Shown piece by piece: positions 19,801 to 25,936 of a stretch of 64,000 bases of DNA (position 1 is the first letter of the stretch; the number at the start of each line of letters is the position of its first letter). A model generated the notes under the pieces. That model searched no databases. It was not told where the DNA came from and saw only the letters and a list, made by a program, of their open reading frames with translations. Where the stretch lies: IMG/VR virus record IMGVR_UViG_3300025812_000003; one strand, given 5' to 3'. A program made the translations under genes and the position numbers. The DNA is from a virus.

Positions 19801-22800
19801 CTCCGGGTCGGTGAGCGGCCTGTCGGCCTCCCCAACGTACCCCTCCGGCGTCATGGCCCACATCGCGTCCTCGGTCAGCCTCGTCCACTGTCTGCCGTCC
19901 CAGACTTGCAGCCGGGCGGCGGGGATGCTCCTCTCGGTGAAGAAGGCGTCGGCGACGGCGTCGCCTGTCCCCACTTCGTCGGGCTGGACCTTCAGGCGCT
20001 TTGCCTCCTTGGTGCGGAGGATCACGGGGACGAGGCCATCCTCGACCGGGCTGTCGGAATTGTGGTATGCCCACTGGACCGCCCGCTGGTACCAGAAGCC
20101 CACCCCGCGCCATTCGGTCAAGAAGCTCCTTCCCTTCGTGTGCCAGCCATAGAGCCCCCCGATGCTCGCCGGGTGGCCGGTTTCAAGCCCGAGCCAGATG
20201 ATGTCCTCCAGCCGGTTGAAGTAGGTCACGTGGTAGAGCCAGTCGCCGGTGGCCGCCGTCTTTGCCTGTTCCTCCAGCTCCTCCAGGGAAAGCCCCGTCC
20301 TGTTCCCGTCGATGCACTCGGGCTGGGTCCCGTACCCGCCGATGGCCTCCCCCTCGCCAAGGTCCGGGAACTCGTTCTCGCGGTGCGGCGTCTGCTTGTG
20401 GGAGGCCGTGACCATCTTGTTCATCGTCCTGAAGTCGTTGTCCTTCGGCTCCTCGATGCCAGTCAGCCGGATCCTGGCCCCGGGCACCAGGCGTATCTCG
20501 TCCTCGTCGGGGTCCTTGGCGTTGGCATGCAGGGTGCCCTCCCAGTCCACGTCGTCCTCGCTCAGCACCTCGGCCCGCAGGGTGACGATCCCCCCTTCCT
20601 CCCCCCCGACGCTCGGCGTCCATATCGACGACGGGCCCCAGTAGGACTGGGCGCTGTCTACGTTGTCGCTCCAGTATATCCCCACGTTTTCCAGGTTGAC
20701 TTTCTTCCCGGCAGGCACCTCCAGTTGCCGGTAGACCGTCAGGGGGAACTTTATGGAGTTGAGGTACTCCACTTGGTCCGGAAGGGCCCATTCCCGGATT
20801 TTTAAGTCAGCGCCTGCACTCAAGCCAAGGCCCTCCAGGTATTTCCTGGGCGAGCGGGGCATCTCGACCCTCCGCCTGGCGGACGCCGTGACGGGCGCTT
20901 TCGGGGCGAGGAGCGGGCTCCCCGGCTTGGGCTCCTTGCCTGCGGTCGGCGCGGGCACGAGCCACCTGCGGTACTGCTGGAAGTTGGCGACCGCCCAGTC
21001 CACCGCGTCCTGGAGGCGTTCCGCCTCGAACACGGGCCTCCCGTTGCCCCCCTCCGGCAGGCACCATTCCCCACCTCTCTCGTGGATGGGAACGATGTCC
21101 CTTGCGTCCCTGCCCCAGAAGATGACTTGGTCCTCCTCGTCCCCGTAATGGTGAATCCTGATTCCAGATGCCCTGAAAAGCACGGCATGCTTGCCGTATT
21201 TCCTTTCGATGCGCCCCGCCTCGCCTGCCGGGACGGCGAAGTTGTACCCTCCGGTCTTGGCCTTGTCGGTGAAGTAGGTGGTGAGCCCGAGGCGGGCCAG
21301 GTCCCACATCCCCCTCGTGAACCCGTGGAGGGATATTTCGCCGGGCTCGTCGGTCTTGTGGACGAGCCACTGGTTCTTGACGATGCCCTCGTATTCCATG
21401 TACATGAAGGACGGGGCGTCCATGGGATCATCGTCCACGGCCCTCGTTCCCTCGTCGCTCCTCAGGAACTGCTCGCACATCGCGGGCGGCAGGCCGGAGA
21501 ACATGTCGTTGTCGATGAGCTCGTCCAGGTCCTTGGGGGCTTCCCAGCCCTCGGGCAGCTCCTGCCCGGATAGCCAGTCGAAGAAGCGATGCGGGAACTG
21601 GCGGGCCAGCTCCTCGCCCTTTTCGGCGTCCGTCATCGTCAGGTAGCCTTTCAGCCACGCGAGGTCCTGGCGCACGAACGCCTTCTTTAGGCTCCCCACC
21701 TTTGCTCCGTCCGGATTGCACTGCGGGCAGGCGCAGCACGGGCACTTAGGGTCGCCGCAGAAGGCGTGGTACTTCTCGTGTCCCGGCTGTCCTGGCCGGA
21801 CGACGTTCACGTCCGGCTTCCCGAACTGGTCGTGCGTCCCGTCGATAACGGTTCCGTCCTTGAGGACGTTCCATACGTGGTCGAGATGCCCGAAGTTCGG
21901 CCTCCGCCCGTGTGGGGCGGGAATGCCATCAGGAAGGTAGAAACCGCCTTCGATGCCCCAGCCGAATTTCTTGGACGCCGCCTCCGACACGAAGCCGCAT
22001 TGCCCTTCGCTGGCCGCCGCGGAGGCGCTCTCGTCCATGCGTATGCTCCCCCGAATCCTGCGGAGGGCGTCCAGCACTTCGGGCGTCGGCATCGTTTCCT
22101 TCCCGCTGGCCGTAATGCTAAGGTCATCCGGATCGAATGTCCCGGTGTTCCTGTCGGCGGACTTGACTTGGCTGGGGCTGAAGATAACATAAACGTCGCT
22201 TTGAGTCGCCCCGTCATAGACGTCCCTGGCGATGATGCCGTCCCGCCCGTTCTTCTTTGCCCAGTCGAACTCCGCCTTGCGGGGGACTATGCCGTCGAGC
22301 ACGAGCGGGTTTTCGATCTTGAGGTACACCGCCATGACATGGGTGTCGGTGCGAAGCTTCCTGTTGTACATCCGGGCTTGGCTCTTGGCCTCTTCCTCGG
22401 CCTTCTCGATGGTGGGGTAGGGGCCGACCGAGAAGATCGGCTCCTCCCGGAGGGTAAAGACCGCCGCATAGAACTCTCCGTCCTTGCCGTATCCCTGAAT
22501 GCTTGCCTCGTCCGCCTTCTTCTTGGGGCCCGAGTCAGAGAAGAACCTGGCATTGTCCTTGCTGGACGTGAACCAGATTCCCTTTTCGACACCCGCCGCA
22601 CCGGCCCACGAAGTGCCTGCCATGCCCAGGTCGAACGACGACACCCACGGGGACTTGCTGCCATGGTAGACGACCAGCGGCCTTCCCGCTGCATCCACCA
22701 CCCTGGAGTTTCCGAACCACGCGTCCAAGGCTGGCGTGCGGATCGGCCTTGCCGCCGCCTTTTTGATTCCCTCCGTACGGTAGGGCGGCACCCTGGAGAT

Positions 22801-25230
22801 TCCCTTCTTCACCCCCTGCCACCGTGCGGTCGGGGAGATGCGCTTCTTGAGGTAGGGCAGGAGGTCCTTGTACCGGTAGCGCTCCACGGCGCTTATGTGC
22901 TGGGGGCCGACCGGCCCGCGCTTGAGGTACACGTCGATTTCGTCGTCGCCCAATCCTACCCTCGGCTGGAGGTCCATCCCCGCTCCCCTGGGGTCGTCTA
23001 TGCGGACGAGGAACACGTCCGGCATCCTCCCGGGCTCCTTCTCGGGATCGATGCCCTCCTTGAGGCCCTTGCCCAGGGCATCGCCGAGGGCATAGTATAT
23101 GGCCAGGCCCTTGTCCGGGGTGGCGTACGCCGTCCCCCAGAACTTGCCGGGCACGAGGCCCTTCTCCTTTATGGAGTAGGCGGCATCTTCCGACGTCCCG
23201 TGCCAGGCCGTGCCCACATTGCCCGCCCTTCCCGCCGCTTGTTTGTTCTCGGGCGCGAACACGGGCTTGAAGACGTTGAGCTCGATGCTTATCGGGACGG
23301 TGCCCTGCCCGACGAACCTCTTGTAGTTGCTCGGGCTGAACAGGACTATGGAGTCGAACCCCCGTTTCTCCGCCTCCTGCTTCATCCTGGCGTCCAGGAA
23401 GAACCTTGCGGCCACGCCAGCATCGTCCGGGATTCCCCCGAGGCCGAGATCCCGGAGGATGCTCTCCTCGTCCCCCACGAGGGGATTGGCCACGTGGACG
23501 TGGAGCGGGGCGTCTAACGGCCTGCCCCAGAACTCCGCCTCCCTGAAGGTGGAGGCGAGGAACTGCCCCCTCTTGCTATATGCCTTGGGGTCCTCGGGCG
23601 GGACATGCCACCAGTCCTTGGAGTTGATCCTGCGCAGGAGGGCGTCCATGGCTCCCCCGCCCGACGAGCTGGCCGTGACGGAGGTCAGCCATCCTTCCCG
23701 CACGTCGGGCTGCCCCCACATCTCGTCGAACTTGGCCTCCAGCTCCGGCCCCCTTGCGATTGCGTACCCGCCGTAGGGGGAGATGCCCGCCTTGCACAGG
23801 AACCTGCGGTCGGTCGTTTCGACGAGCTTGTACTGGCCCGGGTCCTGCAGCTTGGGGGTCGCCAGCAGCTCTTTCTGCTTCTGGGAGAGGTGGGCGGAAT
23901 ATTGCCACAGCCGGTTGTTGTTCCCGTAGGGATACCTGTGGAGGAGGACGTAGAACGGCTTCTCGTCGTATTCCACCACCATCGCTTGGTCGGATTTCTC
24001 CGTTACGAAGTCCTTGCCGTACTTGGCGTTCCAGCGGTCGGCGACTTCCTTCCAGGACCTCCCGTGCCCGCCCATGACGCCACTCAGCATCTTCACGGTC
24101 TGGGGGGTCATGCCCTCGTTGAGCTTTCCCTGCCAGTAGACGAGCATCTCCTCGTGGTGGGCAAGCTCATGGGCGAGGATGCGCCGAAGGGTTTCATCGT
24201 CCCCGCAAATAGATTTCTGGAGGGTGATGACGGTGTTGGGCTTTCCAATCGTCCACCTGCAATCCCCCAGCCAGCGGGACTTTATGTTGTTCACGACCTT
24301 GAGCTCGGGAACGGGGAGGTCCCCCCGGACGTCGGGCATCAGGGACGCGAGGACGTTCCTGACCTGCCCGTAGTCCATGGCCTTGGCTACTATGCCTTTT
24401 TGATTGAGGGACTTGCGCAGCTTGCCGCCCTCGCCCGTGGTGCCGCTGCTGGTTATCTTTTCGCCCGGGAACTCCTGCCCAACCTTCTCGTACATGGCGG
24501 TGGCCACGCCCTTGCGCCGCCAGGCGGGATCGACGAAGACGTACTGCACCCACACCTCGTCCCTGTATTCGGAGAAGTGCAGGTAACCCACCTTGACGCC
24601 CCGCCTCGTCTCCGTATGGCCGCCCTTGCCATCAGGGACGGACTTCCACGCCCCGGCGTCCTCCCCGGCCCATGCCGTGACCCTGCCGAAAAGCTCGTCC
24701 CTGTGGGCGTCCACGATTTCGAGCTGGCAGGTGAATGCGGGCGTCCCAGTCGCCTTTTTCGGGCGGGCGGGTTCCTGGGGGACGAGCCACTTGACCATCA
24801 GGGGGAGGGTGGGCTTCTCGCCCTCCTCGGCCCATTCTCCGCCTGCCATGCCCACGTGCTCGAAGCCGTGGCGTTCGTACCATTTGGCCAGGTTCATGCC
24901 CTTGAGCGCCCTAACGTTCTTCTCGTATATGCCGACCAGGAGGACGACGGCGTCGCATCCCATGCGCCTTGCCTGCCGGGTAAACCTTTCCAGCGTCTTG
25001 TTTCCCCAGCCCTCGCCGCGAGGGGAGGCGAACATGATGTCGATGACGCCTACCTTCTTGCCGGACAGCATCCGCACAAAGCCCTCGGGGTCGGAAAGGT
25101 GCTCGTTGTCGGCCCATGCCTCCAGGTCCGGGTCGTTTTCCAGGATTCCGCCGATTAGGTCGTAATGAGGCGTGTTATAACTGATTTCCTGCCATGCTGT
25201 CCTGAGGAGCGGGTTTTGTGCGATGCGCAT
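7702..25230 (-). CDS. Giant polyvalent polyprotein (5842 aa), about 34 modules, mostly ADP-ribosyltransferase-like
   Basis: Uninterrupted 17.5-kb ORF. Approximate modules: GNAT 24760-25194 and 24380-24750; SprT-like HELAH 23680-24378; GIY-YIG-like 18277-18669; TILEEGAH zincin-like 17626-18264; ParB-like 16579-16965 and 13093-13437; Cys-His-Asp-like 21692-22104; about 19 ART-like modules (YHG[TS], YHVT or VYR..YW[ST]..ExE). Confidence 0.9.
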   Translation of the reverse strand: MRIAQNPLLRTAWQEISYNTPHYDLIGGILENDPDLEAWADNEHLSDPEGFVRMLSGKKVGVIDIMFASPRGEGWGNKTLERFTRQARRMGCDAVVLLVGIYEKNVRALKGMNLAKWYERHGFEHVGMAGGEWAEEGEKPTLPLMVKWLVPQEPARPKKATGTPAFTCQLEIVDAHRDELFGRVTAWAGEDAGAWKSVPDGKGGHTETRRGVKVGYLHFSEYRDEVWVQYVFVDPAWRRKGVATAMYEKVGQEFPGEKITSSGTTGEGGKLRKSLNQKGIVAKAMDYGQVRNVLASLMPDVRGDLPVPELKVVNNIKSRWLGDCRWTIGKPNTVITLQKSICGDDETLRRILAHELAHHEEMLVYWQGKLNEGMTPQTVKMLSGVMGGHGRSWKEVADRWNAKYGKDFVTEKSDQAMVVEYDEKPFYVLLHRYPYGNNNRLWQYSAHLSQKQKELLATPKLQDPGQYKLVETTDRRFLCKAGISPYGGYAIARGPELEAKFDEMWGQPDVREGWLTSVTASSSGGGAMDALLRRINSKDWWHVPPEDPKAYSKRGQFLASTFREAEFWGRPLDAPLHVHVANPLVGDEESILRDLGLGGIPDDAGVAARFFLDARMKQEAEKRGFDSIVLFSPSNYKRFVGQGTVPISIELNVFKPVFAPENKQAAGRAGNVGTAWHGTSEDAAYSIKEKGLVPGKFWGTAYATPDKGLAIYYALGDALGKGLKEGIDPEKEPGRMPDVFLVRIDDPRGAGMDLQPRVGLGDDEIDVYLKRGPVGPQHISAVERYRYKDLLPYLKKRISPTARWQGVKKGISRVPPYRTEGIKKAAARPIRTPALDAWFGNSRVVDAAGRPLVVYHGSKSPWVSSFDLGMAGTSWAGAAGVEKGIWFTSSKDNARFFSDSGPKKKADEASIQGYGKDGEFYAAVFTLREEPIFSVGPYPTIEKAEEEAKSQARMYNRKLRTDTHVMAVYLKIENPLVLDGIVPRKAEFDWAKKNGRDGIIARDVYDGATQSDVYVIFSPSQVKSADRNTGTFDPDDLSITASGKETMPTPEVLDALRRIRGSIRMDESASAAASEGQCGFVSEAASKKFGWGIEGGFYLPDGIPAPHGRRPNFGHLDHVWNVLKDGTVIDGTHDQFGKPDVNVVRPGQPGHEKYHAFCGDPKCPCCACPQCNPDGAKVGSLKKAFVRQDLAWLKGYLTMTDAEKGEELARQFPHRFFDWLSGQELPEGWEAPKDLDELIDNDMFSGLPPAMCEQFLRSDEGTRAVDDDPMDAPSFMYMEYEGIVKNQWLVHKTDEPGEISLHGFTRGMWDLARLGLTTYFTDKAKTGGYNFAVPAGEAGRIERKYGKHAVLFRASGIRIHHYGDEEDQVIFWGRDARDIVPIHERGGEWCLPEGGNGRPVFEAERLQDAVDWAVANFQQYRRWLVPAPTAGKEPKPGSPLLAPKAPVTASARRRVEMPRSPRKYLEGLGLSAGADLKIREWALPDQVEYLNSIKFPLTVYRQLEVPAGKKVNLENVGIYWSDNVDSAQSYWGPSSIWTPSVGGEEGGIVTLRAEVLSEDDVDWEGTLHANAKDPDEDEIRLVPGARIRLTGIEEPKDNDFRTMNKMVTASHKQTPHRENEFPDLGEGEAIGGYGTQPECIDGNRTGLSLEELEEQAKTAATGDWLYHVTYFNRLEDIIWLGLETGHPASIGGLYGWHTKGRSFLTEWRGVGFWYQRAVQWAYHNSDSPVEDGLVPVILRTKEAKRLKVQPDEVGTGDAVADAFFTERSIPAARLQVWDGRQWTRLTEDAMWAMTPEGYVGEADRPLTDPEEREGDDGGYYIDEGALYPKTAGIMEGMPSWEEWKRQHGGIEGMVRDVDSWDQWEPSDVDETREFDALPEEEQAKWIYGNAEEHLKGRYDELLRQHGRWTFPLTVYRMLSLVGGRKAVNPKKIGIFWSWDEAAAEAHWGSFGLGTEKILLKAQVGRDDIDWEGTFEANMAPSTGEEEREIRLKEGVHPLIVAWKKGGYGWRTAPKAWRTMTAFKYDKGRFRTGRPAIFKGYHVTGADGRIKWGEGGAFFSEDPAPEYGTHYVVATLRMANPLVAEDQWDATKKLTGLPGMEDLDKALSDDTGPPQTQEEWARVDRSVARMALRAGHDGLIYTDIAALTDMEFVVFDPSQVTNVGKPVDTQVYVDKLLREMKKDKYARAPADEGKLGAVYLLHFLGGGIPHGSQAATRHYCGFAIDPMARIKRHYEGTSWVRLMEVAKERGISFTVARIWEGVTRGFERKLKDAGGLSRHCPICKAEGTDRGSLYKKKVEVQEAPVGPAAGPDHAEVETSKAASVPKEAGDRYMGQPGRTAFPSKFDYGFVRRIAVSPLGEIAGTLGDLLVGRKVRALYEGVLDVPVVALDRPIQGGKVVENPNVKFFGGAGRFRGEPAMFVNPRLGPEDMIRTILEEGAHILHAVRKRQVVKTDLAKLVDEESFRRYMTDPEEVAAKRMMEHAMILREDAAPWWDVYLDGQKIDSLPAVAADAEEVRRSLVDHDGYDPAIEVRQHRKVASSPPPPHVLEEAGRMLAGASAEACGTSKVVDGWWVETHTIGCRNAADEPEDEWWDSHFRIYDEYMNDGISTVLGEADGGKFATVTPQRSTLVKQAAKALPEFLYHGTTSTYTGDILKVGLRAGTWFSTEPVAAWYARNFIKSKGGKPVVIRIPSRRFRVDGLYQAEAYSWEYGYPIEVKEEDVIVLKPMKTSSILCKAKDDKFATVTPQRSTMPRQAGDSFYPPEADAGWITSYIAKLHRGGVEGKAGGLDYLLKLVESSASRYVLRDIPLEDLYIPDCSTTSTGSKDLEAIREYQDMDAEFPPIVVIGGRIVDGMHRATAAWDRGDETIRAYVGVPSTKVTQQRDRTASSVAKVGGLQEISNGWIKLDGSFVYSTAHNEDAKRWGYENLEEAVDEGLVRVIGTSRHLSFEATDAAGPRHRILEALDSINHDAEVAIELIQDRSLGHSVYKRFDSPWDAGKWLSRWKRAFGKKEAIGDKGWSYDDPLTDRSADFFELVENPHSERKKEAAAKTAAWEGAVDFSSDPRWHDVFYGMPTPRRIKELGQFLRSDANRFVTLYHGTDAGHPVMEEGLLPTSAGRAKSIQSSPGFVYLSVFPGHAKTFGELAYGPTTPIAVYAVTVTARRLLPDPDQLRNKRMYGNAEVGDTLAESLAIGHGARVRGKVDPMQLSVVRGPKKASGPTGFPSVAEVLEWGHVEPHELVDWGKVEDAVSRIPVSQRNQTRKEDEDQTALRILTEQWEAARERLGALRFPLAAYRALSFDSPDWGKEVNKGGFGVYWSLSEDSSYIGEDLVGKYVFVFRGVIESPDDVDWVPTAYLNTVIPEEEEVRLKEGARVRVDGWKARGGGRWTRLSGGMAVTASTPKEAAGDLMSLFEGVRVPSQLPDVDVMREYLSPEALEEYLETRKFFLKLPNPFVVYRALKLDSESVLPRRQDFGVCWTWDFDKARPYGPAAQRQGVRHIFQGEVALEDVDWGYTAIVTSSEEKEIRLRRGARVRLTRWFNPRFEGDGWKAPPYQYVTASASKAAFTDAAMYADADLRDEVAREILDEYKKVVGDGIDYAMPGKRPTKKHLFQKNYRQRWRVVPAARLMKIWKDYAKAGIVRDQAGMDEIADIVTENILKIEVNTILCRHTSWSPEEFAAEVLDHEVPEGYFDLLPSFFDDEEGSWRLSDFATGPLTTLALDLYDAKTAEAKLQVVDKILNIVHQRSDLSGWLVQGGRVTLRKLFEYIGEAKGGENVVWVRDPKGKVVFNPDFDPSKTAADPSIPAGDEEFWKAGGLVVGGVLHPFTKELDTHPLLAKSLGLEAWAAEGAIRVTTDWLSRCGCSAREKIYMEVLNLGQKQDVISLLRDHPPPAGVPITLEWGGYLKMYREFDGPEVAIEWLENLGGSTRVAARAGDRIGGQAVVDYVMSQHPEWKDRTYAEQLVGLDAGGDYVLKEVSLQKLEAGDDYDPSLAEKYARMETPIPPIVMDGDGRIRDGNHRVAAGKIRGDKAILAYVPVDSYQGLPTGKAAAGKESYNSLMAGVGMPSQLPAAEEYERWYGDAYLGRYQEFREFCNGLPDPLVVYRAVKMPDRYPYTRGFGIYWTWDEGHAVPYDADSVLAEEGGWEKEDWTEYSRGLKTYVFRGEVALKDVDWASTVWANLRHSDEKEVTLRHDAPVRVTGWKLRGSSRWQRPKYEHVTASKTTVAVTDSPQFRAWFGKSKVVNPDGTPMVMYHGSPRGKNYRPEWVDDLKKAVRLAFDHMGKAYPGDEDVDKRLDGWVDTMERFDKQNPGVIPEEVMGGIHRKRVPFEAFNPGMQGRNTEAADAKVGFFFTPDQNFAQRFTYRVEYDPMLGQKRIIDGYDPHVFEVYLRIENPLDLTVKTKANAQALLDSGLLGPREELERLGWGVEGIYKDLRSADGSKSLQQIISRHPERIRGAGYDGIINRVKDQWGKSNVEYVVFSPDQIKAVDSKGFDPSDRRMTASKTAAPESIWYHGTTPAAAKDIEKDGLVPPALKADYTGGAGGGHIYISTDRRVALGWGLRKARQENSKRVALVLFRPTKGVQFLDRHNPDVSSLEGTIPATAVTGVEFYDTKAVAEAISTQKPIPPKLAAPKSVWYHGSSIKNLRSILKQGLIPDPKERNWGEDAAASAVSVSRVSYGGTYVARNLMTAASAPKDHNEEGREVVVCMELQPNTMYLDEDDVVFYLSHPLGRLSDNTYYSLPTFLGKDGSWKEFADAERRKYVEDAVRGLAFKWKMPGEDKGSLHPGMEERLRALLPEAWEAALLRIAAHEAKRSKPYDLRHAYHKAFPYVEYDSIPDVQALIPSPEEGEAAFRDAVEKITRALRQFARPLRPGEAYNRDTARITEPIGYSGSNRILAVVEVRDGRKYKGDDWKNPTVLVIHYGEIPPDFFAQFKERYGGEFVVEQAHQPGKAADDGTILLFRGEGGGSKKGGRYWSPDEAWAAQFTQTGRTEELRRARMRKDGIFHPAAPPYAGDPDAIDVAVQDAKARGCKAVWLDEGRGQPESVYVFDGSALRKAAAGEWWRRWRKTQVLPRGTVLYHGTSQRFDPSGIEMPAWFSTSESVAEHFQDWHGGEESGKVLRYKVICPIRLPRIDGKEEMEKFCEMIGVNMEAYGSEDIVDAMRNSSMPGWIIPDNYPDGDDILLASRECLEALDEEEGKTATQHGGPFLKLASGTWQEAERIIRSVDPGSQMVLFHAGTADEDASIVEQGVRAQMGKWVEECLQGATDSEDAIQEIKDRGGAAYFDEMPRWIRSKVRRAVGHDPTPDDIRRHGQLTIVVADLDGPIQRYLGEDRHAGPEVQSLRGERNVDYDLPFGLEPGDYFSEEDVAADITLVGDDLVRFMERNYPREMESPSRRSLPVPLKDAYESVWGPEKTAAARRPKLAPFQRSGWLEAGGRWHEYDDRQMAEAGHGDSAVDFGLVGPVWKDEGLGYLDQEATMGAALEKGHVAVRKVWGKNDKWEMEAYAKARKTVELALARLPAGAIVEVTLYGRGTIRDATVERAAEWVRSPMGGITGSATKLAFPADRTVSPQDAVDRGMFGPVWHGTTPQAAAGIDREGFKVFEGEANSAEIQHGYEGKTDYALGLPAPVHHLGYGIYFTTSKAIAKAFNGGTTRGLRSYYLDVPRLETINFGSPNTMMKWWIKNGYSPEVARVDRVAATKMLTDSLKSRFDAVWYKGMGIRRLLDGDQVAVFDPSRIYLADPSLARPGDMGSEVVRKADGMRGVVKAVRRLTPEQSREFHGGAERLLTVTWRKGGTDYNVYDRDVEPLQAGKKTSGPPSASSGSRGLFGRSNLQGLGTS
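11315..11724. repeat. Imperfect 35-nt direct repeat (11315-11349 / 11690-11724) flanking one ART module
   Basis: 29/35 identity by hand alignment; offset 375 nt (125 codons). The copies encode KLAAPKSVWYHG and KTAAPESIWYHG. Confidence 0.75.
16985..17379. repeat. Exact 29-nt direct repeat (16985-17013 / 17351-17379) flanking one ART module
   Basis: CTTCTCTGCGGCGTGACGGTCGCGAACTT occurs twice, offset 366 nt (122 codons), each encoding KFATVTPQRS on the minus strand. Confidence 0.95.
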
Positions 25231-25339
25231 CGTAGCATATCTCGCTCGACGGCGGGACCGGGCAGGCTTGTACGCCGTCTTCGGGGGCCTGGAGCCCCTG
25301 ATTGAGAAATGGGAAGTTGAAGACTTGGAAGAAGAAAGG

Positions 25340-25867
25340 TTAGGGCTTGGCGGGCTTGCAGCAGTGCTTGCGGAGGCTTCCCTTCTTGGCGTAGAAGGAC
25401 GCCCGGTGGCCGTTGGCGTACTCCTCCCTGCGCTCCGTCAAGAGGGGCCTCGAAACCGGCCAGTACGCCATGCGGCAGCGGCGTCTTTTCAGCGGCTTCC
25501 CGTCCCTCGACGTTTCGATGGCGAGTATCCCCATCACCAGCTCCTGCGACTCCTGGGCGGAGGCCAGGTCGGCGTCTCCGAAGCGGGTGTCGGAGAAGTT
25601 CGGGTGCGTGTGGATGGTGCCGAGGAAGCTCATCCCCGCCTCCCTGGCGTCGTCCTCGTGCTCGTCGAGCTCCGAGTCCTCGTACTCTATGGAGCGCCGG
25701 TGCCCCTTGTGCTCCATGCGCACGAACGCCACCACGTAGAGGGTGTCGCCATGTATCCTTCCCCAGAGCGCCTCGACGTATTCGTTGGGATAGTGGCCCA
25801 GGGCGCGGCGGCGGAACTTCCTCTCCTCCTTCTTGTCCACCACGACCTTGAAAAAGGGAGCGAGCAT
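25340..25867 (-). CDS. JAB/MPN (JAMM) metalloprotease-domain protein
   Basis: N-terminal YPNE (catalytic Glu) and the motif FLGTIHTHP....RFGDADL; RBS GGAGG. Confidence 0.8.
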   Translation of the reverse strand: MLAPFFKVVVDKKEERKFRRRALGHYPNEYVEALWGRIHGDTLYVVAFVRMEHKGHRRSIEYEDSELDEHEDDAREAGMSFLGTIHTHPNFSDTRFGDADLASAQESQELVMGILAIETSRDGKPLKRRRCRMAYWPVSRPLLTERREEYANGHRASFYAKKGSLRKHCCKPAKP

Positions 25868-25887
25868 CCCGAGGGTCCTCCAAGACT

Positions 25888-25893
25888 ATTATA
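25888..25893 (-). promoter_or_regulatory. TATAAT -10 hexamer upstream of the JAB gene
   Basis: The plus strand reads ATTATA at 25888-25893, 21 nt before the start codon. No good -35 element. Confidence 0.3.
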
Positions 25894-25936
25894 CCTTGGT
25901 CCGGCCTTCCCGGGCAGGAATTCCGCGAAGCCAGTC

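Noticed and set aside
7882-24077. Long plus-strand ORFs antisense to the giant gene (e.g. 7882-9597, 9616-11514, 12472-13977, 21766-23517)
   Set aside because: These are shadow frames typical of high-GC coding DNA and carry no recognisable motifs.
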